A stretch of 64,000 bases of DNA, taken from NCBI GenBank assembly GCA_001724265.1, contig MEDY01000208.1, positions 1-64,000 of the forward strand. Reading direction: 5' to 3'. Shown here one piece after another: positions 11,187-23,191 of the stretch (the stretch's first letter is position 1; every line of letters starts with the position of its first letter). Origin of the DNA: Rhizaria sp. SCN 62-66 (Eukaryota). The notes under the pieces were generated by a model. That model did no database searches. It was not told the origin of the DNA and was given only the letters and a program-made list of their open reading frames with translations. The translations under genes and the position numbers were made by a program.

Positions 11187-13314
11187 TGTCTGTACGGAGT
11201 GTCAAAAACAAAGAAGGACAGGTGAGCGGACGCGAAACTGGAAATGGCGAACGACGGGCGGAGAGGGGGTTCGTCAGCGGAACTCGGAAGACCGCGTTAC
11301 ACGGGCAGGCGAACTTTGGGCACGATGAAAAAAGATATTTAAATAAAAAACAACTCGTTACATTTGGATCTTTAACTTTTTCGTCGGTTGAAAGAGCTTT
11401 CGGGCCTAATTTATGCAGGTGCGCGGGGTCGACGTCGACAGCCCTGCCTCCTGCCCCGTCGAGAGCTCGCAAAGTAAGGGCCAGGGACTGTGAGCACCGA
11501 AGACCGATCAGAGACTTTGGCTGGCGACGCGCCACTGGCGGCCAGCGCGCCGTGGGGCGACGGGCCATGCAGGCGCAGCGGCCACCCGCGCGATCTCGGC
11601 CAGATCTCCGTCAATAAAGGATCTAGCTTGGAATAACGGGATTTATTGCAGATTGCTCCGGATGACGCTTTAGATCCGTTCCGCATGGAGGGCTTGTTGC
11701 TCCTTCGCATCGCCCCAAAGGAGGCCCTTGCGAGTAGCAGATCAAACCATTTTGGAGAAGCAAATTAGATTCGCGTAGGATATCCTTTAAGTATATTATT
11801 ATCGCCGGCTGTTTTCATGCTGAGATTCAATTTTATCTCTTTCCGCGCTCATCTTGCCTGTCGAGCGGCGGGTTCCGGCGATGACCGTTTCCAATTCGTC
11901 ATCACCTCGATTTCCCGCGCCACTCCTGCCTGTGCTGCTGCTTGTCGCCGAGCGCGCGTCACAACACCGAAAGCTGCGCTGCACGCTACCGGCTGAAGTT
12001 TGCTTCTGATTGCGCACGGTGACGCTGCTTCACTGCGTGGTTGCGCGGCGACAGAGCTGTTCGGCCATATACCGACGAAGGGTGCGGATTGCTGGGTGGT
12101 GCGTGGTCTCGCTGCTATCAACCCGCGCGTGAAGACTGCAACGTGCGATTTTATCGCAGTTTTTGACTGCAGACAATGCCTTAGAGCTATTATTAGTAAA
12201 CACGGACGCATTTTTTATTCGATGTCGATATTCGCGTGGGTGCTGCGGATGAAACGGTGACTCCGCCTGAGAATGACGTAAGATTTGTCCTGCTCGATTG
12301 GACTGCAAGTGATATTTTTTGTTGCCTAAGTGATATTTTGAGACTCGAACTGTAGACGAAGGCTGGGTATATGGTGATTTCAACTGATCGTTTTAGTATT
12401 CATGAACGATATTGTCAGTTACTGTGTTGAGATATGATGCTTTCGTTCTGGGGCACTTCAGTCGCCGCTATTTAAGACGCGTCGCTCGAGTTAGAATGAA
12501 CTTTATGTTGTCCTGCGGGATGTTCACATCGATGTGTAGAACCTATCTTCGTCTGTGCTTGCCACTATTTGAGTTCATTCGCAATTGGACGCTCCTACGA
12601 CTCGCTGTCAAGTACTATGACGCCATACTGAAGAACGAAGAACAACCGTATCCGAGGCCGCGGCAATTTGAGGTACTTGAAGATACATAATTAGCATTGG
12701 AGACTGGAAATAAAGCACTATCGGATACCTGGCCCTTAAGTGGCAGGTGGGTACAGGGGAGCGCTGCCGAGATACACTTCGTTATTTTCAAGTTCTGGAG
12801 GGCGACAACGAGCCTCACAGCGTGTCGACTTCAAGCTTGAAGAAAGTACCGTGACATGACTTATACGCGATATATATTTGGATTGTAGTGGGATATTCTA
12901 GTGTATCCAAGTCGAATTTACTCAAAATGCAAATTTCAGATTTTCTATAAGCATTCTTAGCGCACGCAAAGTGACTTGACGTGACACGAGGAGCAGCGGG
13001 GGTGTTACGAGCTTCACAAGTAACGTATTTTCAAACCTAATTGGGGACCTTCTCTGACCGTCAATGAGGCAGAGACACGCAAATTCAGGGGAACTAGCAT
13101 GTTTTATATGCTATATATAGTCATTTATTTTCGCCCTGCTGGTTCTCGGAGCGACGTAGACACTACCAACGTCGCCGACCGAAGTTGGGGTCGGGACCGA
13201 AGTTGACGTCGTAATTTTTGTTTCTCACACCGAGTTTTTTCCTGTATTGCCTTGACTATGCACCGCCTAGGAGGTGCGTCGTACAACTCGACCGGCATTC
13301 ACTCTCCACTCCAG

Positions 13315-15996
13315 ATGGACGACTCTGACTCGCCCCCTTCGCTGCTGAAGCTGGCGGAGGTGTCAACGACTTTGCCCGTGCGCTCTGAGCTCTGCGCAGA
13401 ACCGTTGCGGGTACTCACAACGCGCGTCCTCGTGTATGACGAAGCCTCGGACAGCGAGGCCGCATTGCCTTGGATTCTGCGCAAGGACCCGCTCAACGGC
13501 GGCTACAAGTATATTGTTCTGTTTGCCTCAACAGTGACCATGCTTGCGTTTTCGTCCGTGCTCTCGGGCTCTGTGTATATCATTCCACTCGAGGACGAGT
13601 TCTCGCTCACGCGCTCCGACGCCTCGCTCTTCGTCTCGCTCTCGCTGGGCATCTTCTGCGCCGCGACAATTTTCATCTCCAAGATTGCTGACCGCATCGG
13701 CATGTACGCCACCACGGTCATCGGCTACCTCGCACTCTGTCTGGGCTACTTCGTGCCGTCGTTCCTGCACTCGTACGGCGGCGTGCTGGGCGTGTACATC
13801 GCCTTCATCGGGCTCGGCGCCGCCGCGCTGCAGATGATGCCGATGCTCTTCGTCCAGGACTGGTTCGAGCCGCAGGGCCGCGTGGGCTTCGCGCTCGGCG
13901 TCTCTCTCTCCGCCGTCGGCCTCGGTAACATCGTCATGACGCTCTACATGGAGCACTTCATCGACACGGCATCCTGGCGCGTCTCGCTCCGCTACATGGC
14001 GCTGCTCACGCTCGCGCTGGGTGTCGTCTCGCTCGCCGCCCTCCGCGCGCGCGCGCTGCACCCGCACCGCCAGCGCGGGCTTGCACTCGCCGCCGTCTCT
14101 CTCTTCCGCGCCGCGCTGCACGGCGGCGACGCGGCCGTGCGCGCGCCGCCCGCGTGCTGCCCGCCCGGCGCCGCGCTGCACCACTGCCTCGGCCACCAAC
14201 CGCCTGCGCCCGCCGTTGCCGCCGCCGCTGCCGCGAGCGCGGGCGCGCGCGCGGGCGGCGTGACTGGCGGCGGCGTGCGCCACGAGCTAGACTGCTCGTA
14301 CCCCGGCTTCGAGGCACTCCGCGCGCACGCCGACGTCGTCGCCGCAGGCCCCGCGCAGCCGCACGAGGTCTCCGCCACGGCCACCGTCGCTGTCGCCGCC
14401 GGCGCCGCCCCCGGGGCGGGCCCGCGGCAGTCGCCGGCTGCGGTGTGGCTGAAGGACGCGGAGCTGGATGACGTGGACACCACCGCCGCGGAGGCCGCCG
14501 CAGAGGCGCTGCACGATGGGCTGACCGCGGGCGAGCCTTTCTTCCGCGTGAGCATGTTCTACCGTCCGCGGTTTGTGCTGTTCTTTGTCGCCGCGCTTGT
14601 CGGCACGTTCAACTTCTACTTGCCGACGGTGCACTTGGTGCCACACGCGGAGGATATGGGCGTCGGCGACCCGTCTTTCTTGCTTATCATCATGGGTATC
14701 GTCACGATTTGCTCGCGTATCATCTTTGGGCTTGCCGCAGACCGCATTGGTGGCGTTAACGTGTACACCATCGCGTGCACACTGCAGCTCGCGCTCATGA
14801 TACTCTGGCGCTACTCGACCACTACCGCGCACTTCCAGGTACGTTTGGAAAGAATCTTCGGAATTGTTTAATTGTTTCACTCTGTCCCGCTGCAACATTT
14901 TTTTTTGCGTTGAATCTACTGTATTTCATTGAATTATCTTCTGTTGCATGTATCTACATGTGTTTCAACACAATTGGATATCAGTTCACAACTTGCAATT
15001 CTGATGCACTCTATTCGATCTTACTTTGGCTTTTTTTTTGCTGCTCAGGCTGTGGCCGCGATGTACGGCTGCGTCGGTGGCGCGTACATTGTTGGTATCA
15101 CGGCCACAATTCGCATGATGAGCTTGCCGATCGAGCTGTCGAACTCAATGGACTGGGTGCTGGGCGTTGGTTTCGCCCCCGGCGCGACGCTGGGTGGCCC
15201 CATCACGGGCTGGGCCTACGCTGCCGAGAACGAAAACTACGTCCCCGTGCTCACGGGCTTCACCATCTCGTCCGCCATCTCCGTCGCTATCATGCTCGTG
15301 CTCGCGCTCTACAAGCCGCGCGCCAACACCCCGCGGCCGCCGCAGCCGCGGGCCGTGGCGACGGACTCCGCGGCCGTTTCGCTGCACGGCGGCGCGGCCT
15401 TCTCCGGCGACGACGCCGCGCGCTTGGAAGCCGCCCGGCCCTTAGACGCCGCACCGGCGCCCACGGTGGACATGCCCGCGCGCCGCCCGCCGCTCGCGTC
15501 GCGCATTGGCGCCTTTAACGACGACGGATCACACTCGGACGCGCACTCGGAGACCAACTCGGACGCGCCTCTCGACGCCACCGCGGGCGCCACGGGCGCT
15601 GCTGCGTTGTCCTCGACGAGCTCTGCGCACACCAGCGAGGGCGATATCGTGCGCAAGCCAATCGGCGCGCGTTCGTCGAGCGATATCTCAATCGCGATGA
15701 CTGACGGCTCGGGCTCCGGCTCCGGCTCTGTTGCCGGCACTGCCTCTGTTGCTGAGGGCCAGAGTGGGCTGACCAAGAGCTCGACCGCTAAGTCGACAGG
15801 CACCCTGAGTCCCGCGGGTTCCACGGTTGGTGAGCATTCGCTGGCGCCAGTGCTGGTGAAGTCCGAGTACATGTCGGGTCGCATGTATATCTCACGTGTT
15901 CTCTCGCTTTTGCGCACAATGGCCGTGCGCAGCGCCCGGGCGAGCAAGCTCGCGGCCACGGCGCCGAGGGACTCCACGGCCGCTCCACCAGTCTGA
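13315..15996 (+). CDS. MFS transporter, monocarboxylate porter (SLC16/MCT-like), ~823 aa; exons 13315-14838 and 15049-15996
   Basis: Two hydrophobic helix bundles with MFS motif A variants (SKIADRIG, GLAADRIG), QDWF..RVGFALG and FNFYLPTVHLVPHA. Intron CAG|GTACGT...CTCAG (14839-15048, AT-rich, phase 0) joins track ORFs 13252-14871 and 14929-15996. An alternative upstream ATG lies at 13258. Confidence 0.85.
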
Positions 15997-16852
15997 GTTC
16001 TAGGACCTGCGTCTTTCATTACACAACTGCGCTCTCAGTCAATCAGTCAATCGCGCGTTGCGCAACGCAGAAGTTGAAGTGCTGTTCGCGCATGACTCGC
16101 ACCAACCATATCATGATTTCAAACTGTTCTTCATTACCACTTTCTTCATACTTGTTTGGGAATTAATATTATGTCTGTCACCAGCAATCTTTAGGCTTCT
16201 CTTTATTCATGACTCAAGTTTGTCTTCGCTCAGTGCTTCGGCATGTCTGCCTTTAAAATCTCCATGCTGGCACACTATTTGTTAATGCAGCTGTTCGTTC
16301 AACTACTTGACATATGACTGTCTTCTGCGACCTTTCCTCTATCTATTAATCTCTTGTACATTACAACAACAATAACAACAATAGCAGCAACAACAACAAC
16401 AAAAATTGTCCTGACATTGTCACATCATATCGTCACTGTTACTGTGTAAGGATGCTGAGATCCTCCTCGTTGTCACGCAAGCGCGGATACACTGACATGA
16501 TGACACTATACTCAGTCAGCGCGCTGAGTGTTGTCTGCAGTGTGTGTCTGTGCCCTTCAGACAGGTCTTTGGTCTGTAAACACAGCGCGGCCCATCTCAC
16601 GCATGTACACGTGATTGCGCCTGCGACAGAGTCTGTCTAAAACAACGACGTCGTGGTAACGGCACCGGCCATTTGAACTGTTTTTAACGAATGTTCTCGC
16701 TTGTAGGAGAACGGATTAACACACGATTCATACAAATTTCAACACTATGATATTCACACTCAAGATCACAACTGATTGACCTTCACGGCAGACAGCAGTC
16801 GACCCGCGCGATGCCACTCAATCGCTTTTGTCACATGCACTAAACACTGCGC

Positions 16853-17449
16853 TCAACCCTCGCGGTCGAGCCGCGCAAGCTCCGCCGCCAGGTCAAACTT
16901 CCCAGCGTTAGCGTTGTTGCTCTTGTTGATACGGTCGAGATCTTTCTCAGTGAGAATGCCCACCACCAGCGGCTTCTCAGCACCAGCGCCTGCGCCCGAG
17001 TCAGCCGCAAACTCTGCCTCTTGCGCCTCGTGGCCGTAGCGCTCGCGCAGGTGGCGGTAGCGCTTGAAGCGCGCGCGGCCCTGCTCCTCGCGCAAGTGCC
17101 AGCGGCCCTCAACCACGGCTGCGCGAACAGCGGCGTCGTCCGTCAGGTGCGCGTGCTTCGCCAGCTCGCGGCGCGCGGCCGCGCGGAGGTAGTCGGGGTC
17201 GTAGTGGTCGCGGGTGAAAAGCGCCACGCGCTGAGGCGGGTGGTGCGGGCGAGGTCGGGGTGTGAGCGTAACGGAGTTTGGTCAGAAGATGTGAGAAGGA
17301 GGTCAGCGAAGGATTTCGAGAGAGATCTGTCACGCACATTCTAGCAAAAAGTAATACAAACAACTAGATCACCGCATACTACGCACCTTGAGAAGGTCTT
17401 TAACCATAGCCTTGGTCTTGGCGGTCACGGGCGTGGGGGCAGCGGACAT
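16853..17449 (-). CDS. ETFRF1: LYR-motif protein, ETFRF1/LYRM5-like, 146 aa; exons 17449-17387 and 17230-16853
   Basis: Spliced product MSAAPTPVTAKTKAMVKDLLK|RVALFTRDHYDPDYLRAAARRELAKHAHLTDDAAVRAAVVEGRWHLREEQGRARFKRYRHLRERY fits the LYRM5 pattern (LYK..L...RDY...; KYR.MK.RY). Intron AAG|GTGCGT...TCAG, 156 nt. Confidence 0.7.
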
Positions 17450-18288
17450 GGCTGCAGAAGCAAAGTGTGGTGCTGCTTGGATAAGAAGGGATCTATGGAG
17501 GTAAAACAAGTCCTATGAAGCATAAGGCAACACAATTTTAATGTTAGATCAATGGGCAGTGACGTGCATCCACGTGCAGTTCTAGTTAGCGACAAAATCC
17601 ACCTCTGCACCGCTAAGTGGACGACGTTCGCGGCAGCCAATCATCACAGCAAAGATATTTGTGAAAAATATGGGTAGCGCTTGATATTTGCGTTCACAGA
17701 AGATGTAATTTTGGAAACATATACAATTACGCGCATGAGTTTCAGATCGAGGCAGGGAAAGGGTATTGACGAAGAAAGTCAACGGATTTTTATGTTATTA
17801 AGGAGCTCTTTTGCACAGGTTGGGGAGACACAGCAGTGACAGCGCACCGCACGAACAACTAGAATAACGAGATGACACATTATACAGATTCATTTCGCCT
17901 AGAATTAGTAAAGAGGGGATTGATATTGAGTTAATGCACCACTAGATAGTACTACGCGGTCTTCATGACCCGCGCGACGAAACATAACATAATTGGACGC
18001 CTCAGGACGTCTCGGTAGCACCAGCGACTGCGCGCAGCTGCGCACCAAACGAGGACGCCCCTTGCTGAAGACGCGACAAGGCCGCGGGGGCAAACGCACC
18101 GGTGCTAGGGCTGATGCCGCTGTCAGGGGAGCGATTATTAGCAATGACGCCATTATCTGCGAAGACACAACCGCTGCTAACTTTGTGGTCGGCAGCGTGA
18201 GCGCGGAGGAGAGCAAAGCCGTCATCACTTGCAGCATTCACGCGCTCAACCAACCTGTAGTGCGCCCGCCTGCTCTGCGACAGCTTAC

Positions 18289-20906
18289 TCAAGCCTTTGA
18301 CGCAAGGTAGGCCTCGTGGTCGGCGCGTGTCGCCAGGCGCGCGCCCTCCTGCCCAATCTGCGTGCGCAGACACTCGAACCCGAAGCTCTGCATCGAGCTC
18401 TCGAGCGCGCTCACCGGATCCATCACAGCGGCGGCGTCGGTCGAGGCAGAGGCGGCGGCGGCGGCGGGCGCGGCGGTAGGGACTGCGGCGACGGGACCCG
18501 TGGCGGCGCGGGACGGAGCAGAGACCGACGCACTCGCGGAGCCGCTGAGCGGACTAGGGCTGGGGCTCGGGCTGCTGCCACGCTCGCTGGACCCGCCCTC
18601 GGAGGCCGCAGTCGCGGGCGCGGGGCACGTTGTCGGCGCGCCCGCAAACACCGCGCCCGCGATCGCCGCAGGCGGGGGCTGCGCGCGGCCGCTGCCGTTG
18701 CCCGCGGCGGCGGCGGCGGCGGCGGCGGCGGCTGCGCGCTCTGAGGCGGGTTCGTGGATGAGCGAGGGCGCCGACGTGAGCGCAACTGCGGCCAGCGCGG
18801 AGGCCGACGCGCCGGCGCTGGAGCCCGAGGAGAGCGCGGACAGGGACGCCGCGGACGGGATCGTGGGCAGTGTGAGCGCGATGGTGCTCAGAGCGCTGCG
18901 CTTGAGGCCCGTGGTGGAGCCAGACTGCGCGCGCACGGGCTCGTACGCCTTGAGTGCCACACGGCCGCTCGCGGGGCCGCCGTTGGCGGCGCCGGCACCA
19001 GCCCCGGCGGCGGCGGCGCCGGAGGCGAACTCGGTGATGGCGGAGCGCGGGCTGGTGACGCCGCCGCTGCTGCTGGCGACGGAGGATGCGCCGTCGAGCG
19101 CGGGCACGACCTGCCCTGCGGCCGAAGCGAGCGCGCTCTTCTTGTTGACGAGCGGGGGCAGTAACGTGATTGCGCAGCCGCCGCCGCCGGCGCCAGTGAG
19201 CTTGGTGGGCATGCTCATGGCCTCCGCGCAGCGCACGACACGGTCCAGCGCGGGGTGCCCCACGCCCAGCAGCGTCAGCAGCTCGTGGTTCTTGCTCAGC
19301 AGCGGGCCTACGCACTTAAAGAAGCCCTGCGCCAGCGCGGGAGCTGGCGGGCCGACGCGCGCCGGTACGAGACCAGCGGCTGGCCATCGGCGTCAACGAC
19401 CGGCATCGCGGTGGCGTCGGCGTCGGCGCTGTCGTCGCTGTCGTCATCGTCATCATCGTCGTCGTCGTCGTCGTCGTCGTTGTCGAAGTCGATGGCGTCG
19501 TCGTCGTCGTCACTCTCGCTGTCATCGGGACCCAGCCGGTCATCGCGGCGGTCCTTGGCCTCCGCGGCCTCTGCGGCGGCGAGCTGCTTGCGCGCGCGCG
19601 CGATGGCGGCGTCTGCGTCCCCGGCGACGCGCTGGAAGGCGGCGGCAAACTCGCGGTCCGCGTCGGGCGATGATGGCACCGCGGCGGCGGCGGCGTCCGA
19701 GTCGAGTCCGGCCACCCCTGCGAGCCTGCAGTAGGCCTTGATGGCCGAGACGACGCGCGTGGCGATGCCGTCGATGGCCATGAAGACGGGCGTCGCCACC
19801 TCGGGCATCGCGGCCTTGAGCGCGGCCACGCGCGCCACGAGTTGCCGCGTGTCCTTGGGCACGCGCGTATTCGTGATCACGAGTTCCACAGACGGGGGGA
19901 TGCAGCCGGACGGTAGGAAATGCATCACAGGCTGCACCGGCGCAACGACGGACGCAGCAGGGGCCGATGCCACAGCAGCGAAGGCAGGAGTGACCGCCGG
20001 AGTGCTGATGCAGTCCTTGCTGTTACTGTTCGCCGCGCTGGCGGAGGCGTGCGCAGTGGGGTGGCACTGGCGCGTGGCGCTGACGACGGTGTCGAACAGG
20101 CGCGCGGCGGCCTCCGCGGGGTGCTCCATGCGGCGGCGAAAGACGACGACGCCGCCATAGACGCAGACGGTGTTGTCGAGCCCCGAGCACACGCCGTGCA
20201 CGAGGCGCTCGCCCTCGTACGCCCACGCGTTGACCAGCGCGCGGTCCAGCGCCACGGCCGCGGGGCTCTCGGGCGCCGCGGCGGTCGGCGCGGCCGCCGT
20301 CGGCGCAGTGGCGCGGCAGAGCGCGAAGAAGCCTGTGGCGAGCGCAGAGCAAAACGACGCCGAGGAGCCCAGACCGGAGCCGATGGGGAGGTCCGAGGTG
20401 ATGGAGACCGACATGGCGTGCGCGGCGCGCGACATAAGCAGGCAAAGCATGAGAAAGATCTGCGCAGGCGCGGCGTCGTGCAGCCGGCCGCCGTTGGCGC
20501 GGATCTGCTCCATGCGCGCAGCCACTTGCGCGGGCGGCGCGGCGGGCAGCGGTGTCAGCGTCAGCACACTAGGGACCGCGTCGAAGTTGTCGCGGACATA
20601 GTCCACCGCGGCAGCCATCTCGGCCGGCGAGGACAGAACAGCGTCAATGTCCCAGGCCGAAGGGAAGAGCGCGTCGAGCTGCTGGCGCGTCTGCTCCAGG
20701 TCCGACAGGCGCCAGGTGCGGGCGATGTGAAGTTCCTTATCGCTGTGGGCGAAGGAAACCGTCGTCGGGTCGTTCGAAGGCTAAAAGTCAGCGTACGTGC
20801 GACGGTCAACCACGGCCGCAATGGCATGTGAGCCGTGCACGACGCTGTGTTCACCGGAAAGAATCATCTTTCCGGGTGCCGAGGCCACAAAAGGTTCGAA
20901 GTACAT
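18289..20906 (-). CDS. MVK: Mevalonate kinase (GHMP family), ~870 aa with long insertions; contains an in-frame TAG at codon 42 and one frameshift around 19310-19395
   Basis: ATG 20906 gives [25 protein letters not shown] (GHMP motif 1), followed by [36 protein letters not shown] and [10 protein letters not shown]. After the frameshift come [20 protein letters not shown] and [13 protein letters not shown] stop. Confidence 0.9.
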
Positions 20907-21376
20907 GGTCCTCTGCCGTTTGGGGACTGCCCGATTTTGAGTCGCGAGAGCGGTTTACCCTATAAAATGTGTGGTGTAAAAATAGAAGATGCGAGTAAAT
21001 TTAAACGCAAGTTTGTTATAACACACAGTTTCATTCATAATGACGATCTCCACCTCTCCACCGAAGACGATTCTTTTCGAATTGCGGATGTCGCTTGTTG
21101 GCACGTCGCTGTCTCGCTTTTTTGCGAACCCCTTTTCAACCTTCAAGCATAAACAGACTGACAACAATCAAATTAGATCAGATAACACGTCAATTCGAAC
21201 AGCCAGCGGAAAATGTCAACTTGAACATGATAATTACATTCTGTATTCTATCAGTAAAGCGCGTTATTATTACGAATATCCCGCGCAGTGAGTCGACCCT
21301 AACCTTAAATTGAAGCGTGTACAACAAGAAGTCAAACTTGCTTTTGCTTTAGCTTGAGCTTGCTCGTGTTGCGCGC

Positions 21377-22894
21377 TCACAGCTCGTCCTTGTTCTCCTT
21401 GCCGATCTTTGACGTATCAACCTTGCGCGCCTCGGCGGGCTTGGGTACGTAATCGCCCTCGTCAGCCTCTGCGCTGCCCAAGAACGCGTTGGTGAGCCCT
21501 TTCTCGGCCGCCGCGTTGACCATGCGACGCCACACGCGGTCCAGCTTCGCCTCGTTCTCCGCCTTGGCCCAAAAGCCCGCGTCGTGCCACTCGGCAAACA
21601 GCGCGCCGTGGCCCAGCTCCTCAGCAGCGCCCAGCGCGAGCTCAACCCAGCTCCACACCGCTGGCGACGCCGTGTCGCGGAAGGTACCCGCGAGCTCGCG
21701 TACGCTCGAGCGGCCGCCGTGCAGCCGCAGCGCCATCTTGGGCGTGTGCTTGCGCCCCACGGGGTGGTACGACAGCGCGGACCCGTGCACCGTGTCGAGA
21801 GGCGCGGGCATCTGGTTCGCGCGGACGTTGATGACGCCGATAACTGGTTCCGTGAAACCCTTGGCCAGGCGCGCCAGAACGCGGACCGTGGGGTAGAGTG
21901 CCTCATGTACGCCGTCCTCAGCCGCGTCGGGGTCCTCCGCGCACGCCATGCGCTCGGACGCCGCGGTCGGCGCGGACGTAAAGCCGATGGCGGGGTCACG
22001 GAAGCACTCGCCCTGGGGCGCAGCGTAGTATAACAGCAGCTCGCGGTGCTCGGTGTTGGCGCCATCGTGGCCCAGCAGGAAAGGGAAGATGGTCGCGCCG
22101 ACCAGAATGTGGGGCTCGCCGGGGTTCACGTCGGGAGGGAAGCGCACGTGCGGCACGTGCTACGGCGCGAAAAAAAGCAAGAACAACGATACGGGATGAG
22201 GATCGAGTTACAAATATGAGAAGATATCGCATTAGGAGCTGATATGATCACCACAGGAGCAATTGAAGAGATTCTGTGAACTTACCTGCGTCTGTTGGTC
22301 GTAGGTCTGCTGAACACGGGCAATCTCGCTCTGCGCGTCGACTTCCGGCAAGTCTTCGAGCTTGCAGACGTTGAGTGTGTTGGCGCAGAGCTCGCGGGCC
22401 AGCCACTGCGACGACTCGATGAGGTCGACCATGTAAATCATCTTGGCCTCCTCGCTGAGCCCGTCCATGGTCTTGAGCCCGGCGCGCGGGTTCGCCTCGT
22501 AGACGTCCTTGGCGGTCGTCCAGGAGGACAGGAACGCGACAACATCATCAGTGCTGGCGAGAAGCAGGTCCTCGCAGGCCGCGATCTGGGCCGGGCGAGA
22601 CTGCACCTGCGCAGACTGGCAGCCGCGCGAGACGGCGTCCTCGAGGAATTCGGCGATCTCGCCCTTGGACGTGCGCGCAGAGTGGGCGCCCGCCGCGCGC
22701 AGCTCGGCCGCGCGGGCACGCATGTCCTTGAGGCGAGGAATTGTATCTTCGTTCAAGCTGCGCACAAGGTTGCGGCACGCCTCGCAGCGGTCAGTCGTGC
22801 CAACGCGCGTGCGGCGAGGCTTCGCGGCAAGGACGGCCGGGATCAAAAGACCCAGGAAGAGCAGAATGAGAACGCGACGGGAGAAACGAACCAT
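21377..22894 (-). CDS. ER-lumenal protein (463 aa): signal peptide, saposin-B/Canopy-like domain, thioredoxin-like domain, C-terminal KDEL; exons 22894-22286 and 22159-21377
   Basis: Signal MVRFSRRVLILLFLGLLIPAVLAA. Six-Cys pattern CEAC...GC...AC...LC...VC. PDI-like segments ILVGATIFPFLL, ELLLYYAAPQGEC and VIGVINVRANQMP. Ends ENKDEL*. Intron CAG|GTAAGT...CGTAG, 126 nt, phase 0. Confidence 0.75.
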
Positions 22895-23191
22895 TGGTAT
22901 CTGCAGTGGTCCAAGTGGAGTGTGAAGAAAGGAAGGATTCACCATAAATAACGAATCATTGTTGAGATATCAATTTGCGAGAAGATAGATATATAAACAA
23001 ATACTTCACAACATATACGTGCTTTCCTTGTGACGTTCAATTCGACGATGTTTCAATGGTCAACGTTCTGCTGACACATACATGTTTTTCGCGAGGCTCT
23101 CCTCTGAGGTGACTGTGAGCAAACTAGTTTTAAAGTTGTTTAGGTTGAAGAACAGAGTTATTTTTATTAATAAATAAGTTTAACAAATAAG

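Noticed and set aside
11340-13250. Short ORFs in the 2-kb divergent spacer, plus a small gaccgaagttg direct repeat/hairpin at ~13150-13212
   Set aside because: There is no codon bias or homology cue, and none became evident by eye when TAG is allowed. The repeat is too short to assign a function.
17905-18288. GC-rich stretch and a 110-aa ORF in frame downstream of the MVK stop (possible read-through extension)
   Set aside because: Two in-frame TGA codons intervene and the peptide has no recognisable motif; it is treated as 3' UTR.
20781-20813. Tiny intron (GT...GCTGACTTTTAG) as an explanation for the MVK TAG
   Set aside because: Frame-preserving versions (30 or 33 nt) would delete the conserved D/L-R-T-Y strand, have non-consensus donors and are far shorter than the 126-256-nt introns seen. 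Disfavoured, but not excluded without RNA data.
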